A stretch of 64,000 bases of DNA, from positions 1 through 64,000 of the forward strand of contig MCFE01000300.1 in NCBI GenBank assembly GCA_002104905.1. Direction: 5' to 3'. Shown piece by piece: positions 1-10,577 of the stretch. Within the stretch, counting starts at the first letter, position 1. Each line of letters opens with the position of its first letter. The translations under genes and the position numbers were made by a program. Origin of the DNA: Basidiobolus meristosporus CBS 931.73 (lineage: Eukaryota; Fungi; Basidiobolomycota). Under the pieces are notes generated by a model. It saw nothing but the letters and a program-made list of their open reading frames with translations, was not told the DNA's origin and ran no database searches.

Positions 1-1122
1 GTGATATGTGGGTGGTGTCCTCTTGGTGTGTAACACGGTCACAATAGGGGAGACAGATGCACCAGCATTTTCTGATGACATTTTAAGAGTGGATTGTAGA
101 CTTTCAAGCTCGTTGGTAGGACACCAACCTTCTGCAATCAAGCATCTACGGTTTCGATCGTAATTGAATAGATTCATCACATAATAAAGCGCCTTCTCTT
201 TCTTGACGATGGCATACCATGCGGGAATGCTGATAGAGATTTTACTTAATTCGGCGCGCCGGGTTTGATTGTTGCTATCCATGACTGCTTTGATATCTTC
301 AATTCTGGCAGATATGCGAAGCGCTTTGGCCATCCTTGCCTCGGCGGTGTCATCGACCGAGTGTAAAGTGGCCCCCATGGCTTCTGAGATTTTTCGGATT
401 TTCCCTAAAAGCTCCTGTCCATGGGAAAAGATCACGAACGCATTCTTCGGGATTGCGATACCTGATTGAGGATCCCACAATGGTTCCTGAATCTCACTCT
501 GCTTCATGTAGAGATTTCCACGCAAGCTTCTCCATAGAACTCGCTCAAAGGTGTTGCATCTTTGACGAGATATGACTCCAACCACGTATCGCACGCCGTA
601 CGAGTCACCAGGCCCTGACTCCAGCAGTAGCTGGGTGGTGTCGACATCGGAGGATATGCCTCCATCTCCTTGGAAATTATCCTCGCGAAAGAAGGTGCTG
701 GACTCTTGGAGGATAGCGTGTTGCTCAATCAGCTCAAAATACTGCCGTTGGAGCTCGCTGTAGGAGGAATTCAATTGATCTAGCATCTGCTCGTTGGTAT
801 TCAATATGTCATGAAGCTCGTCGATTTCCCTGATGGACTGAATACGGGATATCTCAGGATCATCGTAGTCACACGTGGAAATGGGGATGGCTTGTTTTTC
901 GGCTTCCTCTGATAGAAGCCGCAACTGACGCTCGAGGCCGTCTAACTTCTTGATTTCTGAAATAAACGAGCGTTGAAAAGAGCTCAAACTCGGGTTAAGG
1001 TCACGGAACTGGACGAGCCCTTTCTCCCCCAGATGCGAGATGGTGATACGTGCTACCTCGCTAGGGATAAAGAGCTGTACTAGCGACATCTCTTCTGAAC
1101 GAAAAAATGTTGAGGGGGCCAT
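1..1122 (-). CDS. VPH1: V-type H+-ATPase V0 subunit a (Vph1/Stv1 family), copy 1; N-terminal 374 codons, intronless, runs off the window edge
   Basis: Not in the ORF track because there is no stop inside the window. Manual translation from ATG 1122: [44 protein letters not shown]...FERVLWRSLRGNLYM...[11 protein letters not shown]...TPPTYH. Every codon was checked: no stop and no intron. Confidence 0.95.
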   Translation of the reverse strand, partial: MAPSTFFRSEEMSLVQLFIPSEVARITISHLGEKGLVQFRDLNPSLSSFQRSFISEIKKLDGLERQLRLLSEEAEKQAIPISTCDYDDPEISRIQSIREIDELHDILNTNEQMLDQLNSSYSELQRQYFELIEQHAILQESSTFFREDNFQGDGGISSDVDTTQLLLESGPGDSYGVRYVVGVISRQRCNTFERVLWRSLRGNLYMKQSEIQEPLWDPQSGIAIPKNAFVIFSHGQELLGKIRKISEAMGATLHSVDDTAEARMAKALRISARIEDIKAVMDSNNQTRRAELSKISISIPAWYAIVKKEKALYYVMNLFNYDRNRRCLIAEGWCPTNELESLQSTLKMSSENAGASVSPIVTVLHTKRTPPTYH

Positions 1123-1971
1123 GGCGAAGGGATAGAAGAAGCTCCCACCACTATCTAAGAAGTAGAAAGAATAGAGAAAGAGGGGACATGCTGGAATGCG
1201 CTTGTAGCCACTATATAAGGCCTGCACACCCTAGGGATGGACTAATTAGTAGCAATATTTAGCCTTTATGCAGGGCAACCGAGATTTTGCATTTATTGTA
1301 AGATAAGGTTATTGCTGGTAGGGGGTATCAAGGTGGAATATAGCCAATATCCAGCCATTATACGGCGATCGGAAGATTGTTACCACCCCCTTTATCCGCT
1401 TCATAATCTCCGAGCCTTTATACTCCGGCTTACTCACGGATCAATATTGGCTTAGCATTTACTCAGCAAACGGATCATAATTTGTTTAGCATATATACTG
1501 AGTAAATTGTTGACTACCTTTTGCTGTTCCATTGGCCCACTCTTTCTATATTTGTGATTCATTTGACGCTTATGATTTTGTTTATTCTATGGAATTTCCT
1601 GTTTATACTATGCTAATCCAATTATTAGATTGATTCATCTGGACGTTTATTTTGAATTCATCAAGCTTCACGTACCTCTGGTGAGCACCGTTTCCCATTC
1701 ATGCTCTCCGTTTGACCTGGATGTTCAATGTTCGAAAAGTCCAAAGAGGCACGACACGAGGGTAACTTATTATCATATTATCTACCTTTCCTCGCCAGGC
1801 CCATTTATTGTTGTAACATTAGGTGCTGTAGGCGTTAATTCTTCCCATCAAAGCCAACAAACGACTCCAAAATTTCGAAACTCGGAAAAAGGTTTCTCAG
1901 CTATTCTAGGAACTTTACCCCAATCCAAGCGACAGCTTTTCGAAAAGCGAGGTGTTTTACGCACCAGCACA

Positions 1972-4900
1972 ATGCCCAATTCCCAACACGCAGAAACAAG
2001 TTCGAAGAAGAGTTCTTGTAAGGCGGATCTGAAAAGTAATTTACTCTAAATCGCGCAGATATTCCTTCGTAATAACACAAGTCGATCCCCTCTAGGGCCT
2101 GGTAATAACTCTTCCACTGGCACCTTGCTAGACACCAAGCGCAAGAAGAAAATAAAGCTCAAGAAGCAAAAGAAAAATCTCAGTCAGGAAAACCCAGCTA
2201 ATGACGGGACTTGCGCGTTTGATGTTTCTGTACTGGACAAGGAATTGATAGATGAGACTGTGGATCCTGCTATCAATCAAAAAATCATCGCTAAAACATC
2301 GGAGCATATTCTTCGCAACTATCCGAGGCTTAAGAGATCAGACTCAAGCAAAGGAACAAAGACAGACTCAGATAGTAAGTTGGAGGTACTTAATACGCCC
2401 CCCTCGTCAAAAAATACCGAAACCAATGCAGAGTGTGATCAGCCACCTATGATGAATCATCAATCATTGATAACTCCGAAGCCGCAAACGACAACGCATC
2501 AACACGCCAAGAATATAATATCCTTTAGCGAGGATTCGACGACTTCACTAAGTGCCTCACAAGTTGACTCGTCCCTTGGCGAGAACAAAAAACGAGCAAT
2601 CGCTGAGATGGATGGTAACCTGAATACCGAGTCCAGTCCACCTGACTTGGTCACTGTCGAAGGGCCCAAAAAAAAGAAGAGAAAGAAAAGGAAAAAGAAG
2701 AAAAATCAAGGTATTTCGACTCATCCGGATTATAGTTACTATTAGAATCACATTTAATTCTGTTCAATTCAAGACGCAAAGAATAATTACGAAGAAGTGA
2801 GCGCAGATGTCAAGTGCAACATGTCGTTCAAGTCTGAGGCTGATATTACTGCCGCACCTGCTTCGGATGGTGCTGCGAAGAATGCTGTTGGAGGAAAATT
2901 TCCACCTACAAGTGGCAAGATGAAGGAGTTTGAAGGAAGCAGTGAACTTACGCGGCAGGACCACAAAGGCTCCGACGTTACAGTAGTAACAGCAAGCGCG
3001 GAGAAGCAAACATGCAAAGAAAATATCGTGGCTTCATCCCCAAGCCATCCTGCAATTGCCAAATTAGTAAATGATTCTCCAGTGCTAGAGAAGGTCGAAT
3101 CCATTGAAGAAATACATGTAGGAAACCCGATCACAGCCTCAGCTTCGGTAATTGAATCGATAGCTTCTAGTGATCCTGTCGATGCAGAAGCTACGTTCTC
3201 TTCTTCTCAACAGCTGCCCTCCAGCGAAGTTAATTCATTCATAGAGTCACCAGTAATAGGTGATTACTCCTCAGTTACTTCGGGAGACCTGAAGCCATTG
3301 GGTAATATCACTTTTCCCGAATTGAGCATCTTTCGCAAAGCAACATACGTTCTTGATAGGTTATTTGCGATATCGCTTAGCAGGGCCTTCATTTCGCCCT
3401 ATGGGACCACTCACCTTTACGAGCCGCCACCGGGTGGGCTGAATCTCACTATAATAGAGCAAAAGCTCTGGCATGGCTTGTACAATAATTTTAGCGAATT
3501 CATTCAAGACTTGAAAAGGGTGGCTGAGGCAGTGGAAGTGAGCTACGACGCAACTACTGAAATATACTTTCTCGCTAAAGAGTTTGGTCGTTTTTTTGAA
3601 AGCCTCAGACCAGAAGAGGCGGACCAAGATATTGCACCATCTTCAAGACAGCAGCTAGAAGACGTGATGCAAAGTTTGGAATGTACAGAAAATAGCACAT
3701 TCTATATTGTAAAACTTGCCACGCTGGAGGAAGTATCTCGTAGTAATTTTGGATTATTGGAGAAAGAAGTATATGCATCCATACATCATCCATTCTTTGG
3801 ATGCTTTGGATCTACTCCCGATACGCTGACGGGCTCACCAAATGCCACACTACCCGCAGTCCTTCGAGTTTTTGTATCACACAACCGAACGATATTGGAG
3901 TTGGCTAGAGACGATCCAAACGGGTTTCTGTTGGTATTTACGAATGTCAAGAAAAGCCCAACCGCCGTTAAAGGGTACATCCGATTGCAAGCTGATTGCT
4001 TTGTAACTAAACCCATTGGGCAAAGGCATGACATTGAAGATATGGAAATGTTACAATCACTGGACTCTGTGAAGTCCTGGATCAAGGTTATAATCCTGAA
4101 ATCGTTCAAGTTTGACGCCGAGGTACATAACAGATTTCGCACGGTACATTTGCTCAAACCTTTTCGTCCAGTGCGATATGATTCGCGTACCATTGGAACA
4201 ACCCCACTGTCTCAAATTATTTTGAATGCCAAGAATTACTGGGATCCGGATATAGTTGAGAAAATGCAACTGGAAATGATGAGGGATCCATCAGATCGTT
4301 CGTCGCAATTAACAACAAGAAGTACTCAGACTCCCAAGGCAAGAAAAGCTAAGAAGAGCTTGATTGCCGCAAATCTCGGCTGTTCCTTGAAAGACAGCGA
4401 GTACACGGATTATGAGGCCAGTGCGACCGACGAATCGTCAGCAGATATGTTCGAACCTACACGTGAGGTACTACGAACGCGAAAAGGGTCCAAAAGTATC
4501 ACCAGATCTCCACAAGAGAGTGTAACAGACGATGAGTCTAGCAAGTGCACTCCGCCAATTTCATTTGACACCATTGTAAGGCAAACCCCCATTGTAGAGA
4601 GGACAATAAGTGAAATTCAAAGCAAGCTGCAAGCATTCAGGGATTCTGAGAGGCCAACCAAGGATGATATTGACCTACTTGACCAGAGTCGACTGCCTCA
4701 GGAAGCCAGAGTTATTTATCTCAGAATTAAAGAGGCAGGCTCAAAACTCGGGATCAGCTTCAAGAATCTTGAGGAAACGATGGCCCCAAGCCCATCGGAA
4801 AGATACGTTGTGGGGCACTCCAAAAATGTATATATCAACACTATCGATACCACAACGGTGATTCAGCTCTACAAAAACGTTGAACAAGAGGTGGTTGAGA

Positions 4901-5779
4901 ATCGGCTCATAGAACTCGCATGTTTGGTGAAACTCCACGGAGTAAAGCGTATTGGACAGATTCAGGCCATAATAGAAAGCAAAAATGGATGTCCCGTGGG
5001 ATTGGTCATGAGTCGGTGCCAACAAACTTTGAGACAATACCTCCACGGTCGGTGCAGCATTTCCGCTGCTCAGAAGTACAAATTGATGCGCGACTTAATT
5101 GTCGCCGTGAAGGAGTTGCATGATCAAGGAATATCCCATCGCAACCTATCCGAAGGAAATGTAATGATAAATGAGGTTGAAGGAGATATTCTGCAGGACG
5201 GTCAACCCCGGCCCAAAGTAGTTCTTATTGACTTCCGAAAGGCACAATTCACCCGGAAAGAAGACATTCAACAGTGGCGCGTCAGTCTATTAGACTCGGA
5301 GGAAGAGAACCTTCTTCCGAAGACCAGCACTCTTCCGGATCATGAGAGTAAGCGTTATAGGTAGGTAACCGATCTTGTAGAGAAGCAGCATGCGTAAACT
5401 AATCCCACTGCTCTGCACTAGGTCTGTAGTCACTCTCCCGAGAAGCAAATATCACACAGATCTCTTACCGCTCATCATCGACCCATTAGCCGAAGATGTA
5501 TTCTCGCTTGGAGTACTTCTTTGGCAAATAGCTACCCAGCGGAATCCGTGGACTGGAATCTTTGAAGATGACATCATGGGTCTACGCCAGATAGTCGGTG
5601 ATGAACGCCGCCTTCGCATAGAGATCTGTCGAACCGTTCCGGGTAACAGATGCCGTGAATTATTGTTTGGCTGTCTTGGAGTTCGCGCCGAGGATCGTTG
5701 GAATCTCCAGCAGCTTTCTGGTTGGATTTGGAATCCAGACAATCGGAAGCAACTTATCTGGGAAATGACTGGACAGTAG
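1972..5779 (+). CDS. Multidomain protein: Lys-rich/low-complexity N-terminus, degenerate bromodomain-like region, unknown middle domain, C-terminal protein-kinase-like (probable pseudokinase) domain
   Basis: ORFs 2125-2745, 2797-5364 and 5390-5779 join in frame via introns 2711-2773 (GTATTT..AAG) and 5361-5421 (GTAGGT..CTAAT..TAG). The first exon and start at 1972 are tentative. Bromodomain-like: ~3319-3606 (LNLTIIEQKLWHGLYNNFSEFIQDLKRV...SYDATTEIYFLAKEFGRFF). Kinase-like motifs: HRNLSEGNVM, IDFRKA, EDVFSLGVLLW, RELLFGCLGVRAEDRW. Confidence 0.8.
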
Positions 5780-5900
5780 ATGGCTAAACAAACAAAGTTG
5801 GCGTTTTGTAGCTAAGCTTTATTCGGCCCCTATCATTGTATGCGGCGACGAATCGTTGAATAAAACCATACAAGTTACAGAAGCTCATTGATCCGATGGT

Positions 5901-7025
5901 TTACTGAATCTTCTCAAGCTCATTGATCAGTTGGTTCCGGCTGTTCTTACAGCAAATAAATGCGCTCAATCTGTCAATGTTCCAGCGGTCGGCCCCCTCC
6001 ATCTCCAGACAACCCTCCAGTAGCTCTCGACACTTGGCTCCAGAGACGGCTTGAAGTTGGTGGCAGTTCTCGGCCATCGCATCTGGTTTGAGCACACGCC
6101 AAATCAGCATTCCTAACGAACGAATATCTTTTTCCTTGCTGCACTCAAGCGAGAAAATGAATCAAGTAGCTCAAGAATCTCAGCAGGACAAGACATACCT
6201 GCATTCGTGGTCTGCGAGAGGATGCGCATGGGTGTGGGGCAGCAGAAGTTGATCATTTGCCGACAGAGGATGAAAGCTGAAGCGAGCATTTTTGAAGCTG
6301 GTCAGAGCAACCCTAGGGCGTGGTGAATGATCCTTCAATGGCATCCCGTCAACTTCATTGACCATAAATGACTCTTCGGATAGGCTGCAATGGGCTATTC
6401 CTTGAGAGTGAAGAACCTTGACCGCAGCAACCATCCCCTTGATTAGTTTGTATTTTTGCCGCGAGGTGATCCTCCGTTTGACTTGGAAATACGTTTCCAG
6501 GGACATTTGGTACTTGACCGTGGTGATTCCAATAAAGTTTCCGCTCTCGTTCTCGATGACTGAGACGATTTTTGCGATCCGCTTTGCCCCCTTTAGAAGG
6601 ATCAAGCAGATCAGCTCCACCAGCATCGCGGTCTCTAAACTCATGTAGAATGTATTCACGACGCTACTCTTGCTCCGTTGTGCCTGCAAAGTGCTGAGGA
6701 ATTCAATGTTTTTCCGCGCCCCGAGCTCTCTTAGCCTCGACTGTAGATTCTGGGCGGCCACGTCATCTTTCAGACACCTTTTCTGGAACGGTCCCTCCGC
6801 CAGCTTGCAAAGACCAAGCAGAGAGGCGCTTTCCCGAATGAGCTTGGAGCAGTCGCTTTTGTTGCTTCGAAACTTACCTTTCCCGTCGGTCTTTGGAGCA
6901 TTGCTAATCCTCACCCAGTCCCTACTTGGTCGCTCGAGGCTGTTTGCTGAGCAGTCAGACTGCGGTGATATCAAATGTAAGCCCAAGCGGTGCCCTCCTT
7001 CCCCATCTTTACTGGGTGAGTTCAC
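5901..7025 (-). CDS. Shorter inverted (tail-to-tail) paralog of the kinase-like domain; highly degenerate pseudokinase; 5' exons unresolved (possibly up to ~7627)
   Basis: ORFs 6180-7025 and 5901-6110 join by a phase-2 intron (AG|GTATGT..GCAG|C) at the same position as the 5361 intron of the neighbour. Similarity: QKYKLIKGMVAAVKVLHSQGIAHCSLSE vs QKYKLMRDLIVAVKELHDQGISHRNLSE; CRELLEGCLEMEGADRWN vs CRELLFGCLGVRAEDRWN. Confidence 0.75.
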
Positions 7026-7989
7026 TTGTTCTCCTAAAGATAGGCCATAAGTGCTTACGTCCTGGTCAATCTTGCCGGTTTCTTCTGGTGTCTGAGTGTC
7101 CGAAAGTTGAATCCCAGATAGATCCAGCTGGGCAACGTCCGGATCCTCCTGGCGGTCTACAAGAGTGCGTTACTAAGTGGGCAAGCCTCGAACAGACAAA
7201 GGTATGCTACATACACCTCCTCTTTTTTGGTTTCTTCCCCACCTCGACCGACCCATCGAGGTTATGCTTTCGGGGACTCCGGACGGCATTTTGGTGACGC
7301 TAATATGGCAACTGGGTTGAATAAAGTATTTCTCGGCGAACCTCAGGCGGGACTTTTACCGACAGTGTCTGGTGGCTCAACTGGGCTGGAAATCTGTAAG
7401 AGCCGGGAGAATAGCCTTGTGGAGATTCTGGGCCCCTTAGTCTTTCGTCTCTTCTTGGAGGGTTCTGTATACTGGTCGAGAGAGGCGGTGGATGTTGGAC
7501 TGAGGGGACGTGTTTCTTTTTCAGTGGTGGAGGAGGGCCGTCCGGATTCAGAAGGGTCCATTCTTGGGAACTCTCTCGTAGAGGGCTGAAACGATATAGG
7601 GGGAGGATGGTTTTGCCTTGAACCCATTTACTTCTTCTGTTCGCACTGTTGGTGGTGGTGAAGCAAGTACAAGTGATGCGTTGCAAGAGGAGACCTCGGG
7701 TTTTCCCTGCTTCCCACCTCCCCCTGAGCTGCCATTTTATAGAGATAATATATTTGAGTTCATCCCTACAATAGGACTGGTCCATACATACATAAGCCAG
7801 TCCCAGCCTCATTGCCTCAATAGGGGAGGCAAATTAGCCAGTTTGGTTAAGGTGAAAGATGATAACCATGAGATCGTGTTGATCAGTCGAGAGGTGCCGA
7901 TCCCGACCAATCAGGTGGTTTGTTTACCCTGAGCTCACTTGGTACATCAACAGTGGAAGACCTCCCGCTCGTGGTAAGCCTCAACAGAA

Positions 7990-8406
7990 ATGTCAAGCGC
8001 CGCCGCCAGTTTACGGGCCCAAGTGGAGGAGAAGAAGATAGAGTATCAAAATCTGCGATACATCTGCGATCTGTCTCACAAACTCGACCTACAATTCAAC
8101 GAACTCTGCTACCGCATGGACGAGTTGAACCGAGGCTACGCAGGTAATTGAGGAATGGAATGGAATGGAAACGACTCGACTCGACTCGACTCCCACCAGA
8201 TACTAACCCAGCTTGCACAACCCAGTGGTCGCTCAAGTCATGAACAACTGGAAGGGGGTCTTCCTATCCGCCAACATGCCAGGTATTGCTTTTCGGGCCA
8301 TTCGCTGTTCACCCGTTCTGTTCTAACCCAACCACAACCTCCCCTCACCGCAGAGACCCAAGAGAACAGTGTCGAGCCCACAACCTTCGTGAAGATCCCT
8401 AACTAG
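7990..8406 (+). CDS. DAD2: DASH/Dam1 outer kinetochore complex subunit Dad2 (87 aa, 3 exons)
   Basis: Exons 7990-8143, 8226-8282 and 8354-8406 total 264 nt: MSSAAASLRAQVEEKKIEYQNLRYICDLSHKLDLQFNELCYRMDELNRGYAVVAQVMNNWKGVFLSANMPETQENSVEPTTFVKIPN. This fits the Dad2 pattern (EKK.E..NL, VA.V..NW..V, terminal P.T.V.IP). Absent from the ORF track. Confidence 0.8.
8152..8191 (+). repeat. Compound pentanucleotide microsatellite (GGAAT)3-GGAAA-(CGACT)4 in DAD2 intron 1
   Basis: Read directly from the sequence. Confidence 0.9.
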
Positions 8407-8517
8407 CCAACCGCTTGTACAAATACCATGACTTGAATGTAAAGAAATAAACTCCCACCCACACACACCCTACGTGTCGCGCATATAATCTTTTCATGAA
8501 CAGGGTATTTATTGGAT

Positions 8518-10325
8518 TTATCGGAGTCGGATCCCGTTCATCTTCATCCCAACCGCCAGGGAGCATATGACGAGCAGGTAGAGGCTGCACACGAGGAAGG
8601 ACGCCAGTGGGGCCATGTAGATGGTCTGCATCGAGATGTTGATCGCCCCAGTGAGCAGGTTGGCCACCAGGAAGATCGTAAGCCCGTTCTGGTTGAGGCT
8701 GTCCAGGAGCTTGGGGACCGCCGGGGTCAGCACGTTCGGGTGGATGCATCGCTCGATCGACATGATCCCCAGCAGCAGGGTCAGGTTGAACGCCACCACC
8801 CAGAGGACGTACGGAAGGTTGGCCTAAGGAACAATCATTTAATCATCGTACGACGAAATGCTCGGCGCTGGAGACACCTACCATCCTTCTGGAAACCTCA
8901 ATCTCGAGGAATCCTCGGACGACGTGGAACACCGTCCACATGACCACCGCTGAGGCCAGAAGCACCATCGGCTGCTTCTGACGTTTCTTGTAGGTGGCGG
9001 GGTCGGGGAGAACGAGGGATCCGGTTTCCAGACCGATCAGGAAGATGGACAGGTAGCCTAGTGGTTGGGGAGGAGGAAAGGTGGGTCAGGAACCATGGGA
9101 TGCAACACATGTGTACTGGGCGGGGTCTTACCAAGGAAGCTGAACACCCCCTCTCGGTTCATGCTCAAGAGATCCACCCGAGGCGCATTCAGGATGAAAT
9201 CCTCCACGCCGTACCAAAGAGCCAGCTGGTAACCTAGTCGTTGGTTCGTTTAGACATTCCCAACGTTCGTGTGACCGATCACTTGCGTCTCCTTACCTAG
9301 AATGATCAAGGGTCCGGCGATACGAGCCCCCTTGGCCAGTCCTCTACTGATGGTCACGAAGATGGGCAAAAACCCGAGCGTGATGAAGAAATTCCAATGG
9401 ACCCCGTACTCGGTTACATGTTCCTGCCAGGGAGGAGAGAATGATCAGCTCGCTGTTGAGCGATAGGTCTCTAGGCGTGAGTGCGTTACCTGGTACTCGA
9501 TCCCCTTCACCATCAGCAGTCTGAAGAAGCCAAGTACCAACAGGGGGAAGCGCTCTTCAACGACTTGAGGAACTCCTGCAGGAAGGACCCGACCTTGCCG
9601 GAGAGTTCCGGAAGGGTGTTTTTCGCGGCCACCACACCAGCGGAGAAAACGAACGAGCCGACTCCGAGATCCATCTAAAAAAGGAGGGATCAGCCAAGGG
9701 AAAAGCTGTGACGTTGGGGAAAGGGTCGGGAGAACAGGAGGCGGTGGCGGGGTGGTGTTGTAGGAACCGAAAGCGTTACCATGGAAGTACCGAAGGTCTC
9801 CACTTTGGCGAAGCGTCTAGGGAAGATGGGGAAGTCCACAGCCAAGATGTCCACGCAGGTGAGCAGCATCATCAACGAACGATACACGCTAAGGTAGGAC
9901 TTCCGGCTGAACTTGCTCGGGGTGAGACTTTTCTTGTACTCTTCCTCCGAAAGGTGGCCCGTTTCTTTCGGGTACTTCAGGTAGAGCCCAAGGCTAGTGA
10001 GCAACAACCCTGGAATGAGGAACCGGTTGACCTCGGTGAAGGTTTGGGAGGTGAGCGAGATCACGGGGAATAGGATGAACTCCCAGGCGAACCAGCTGCT
10101 CACCGGTGTTCGACCTCCTGGGAACCCGCTCCTTTGGCAACAAGTCCAGAGGAGGAAGGCGCACTAAGGGGGGAGGGTCTAGATTAGCAGGGACGGGCCG
10201 ACTTGCTCTACTTCTAACCAACCTACCAGGTTAACAAAGATAACCACGTTGATTTCGGAGATGGAGGAACCCGTCTGTCCCGTTACCCACTGGATCTTGG
10301 CTTCACGGTAGTCTTCTGGAGTCAT
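8518..10325 (-). CDS. GWT1: GPI inositol acyltransferase Gwt1/PIG-W; multi-exon, with one apparent 1-nt deletion frameshift at ~9543-9547
   Basis: Start MTPEDYREAKIQWVTGQTGSSISEINV. Motifs: [102 protein letters not shown]. Stop at 8518-8520. Confidence 0.92.
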
Positions 10326-10577
10326 GCGAAGTCAACAACTTTGGGTGAGGTGAGATGGCACCGGCCATTTTTCCCGGGACCCATTTATCCCACCTCGACC
10401 ATCCGATGAACGAATCAAGTGCCACACTAGTGCCCATTTCTGGAGTTAAAAGGGGGATTTTATTATCACTAAGTTGGTCGGATTCCATTGAGCCAAGGGA
10501 GATCCAGGAGGGGGGAACGGTAGGGGAAGGGAGAGGGAGGGGGAGGGGATTACGGGGAGTCTCGGTTAAATCGGATA

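Noticed and set aside
269-763. Short ORFs listed at the window start
   Set aside because: Shadows of the unlisted minus-strand subunit a frame 1-1122.
1630-2049. 139-aa plus ORF upstream of the bromodomain-kinase gene
   Set aside because: Non-ATG start and no recognisable composition; only its last part (ATG 1972) may be a real first exon.
8399-8943. ORFs overlapping the GWT1 3' end in other frames or strand
   Set aside because: Alternative-frame shadows of GWT1; the homologous frame ends at 8518.
9327-9331. Suspected second GWT1 frameshift at a C run
   Set aside because: A recount gives five C, and the frame AKGARIAGPLIIL is intact.
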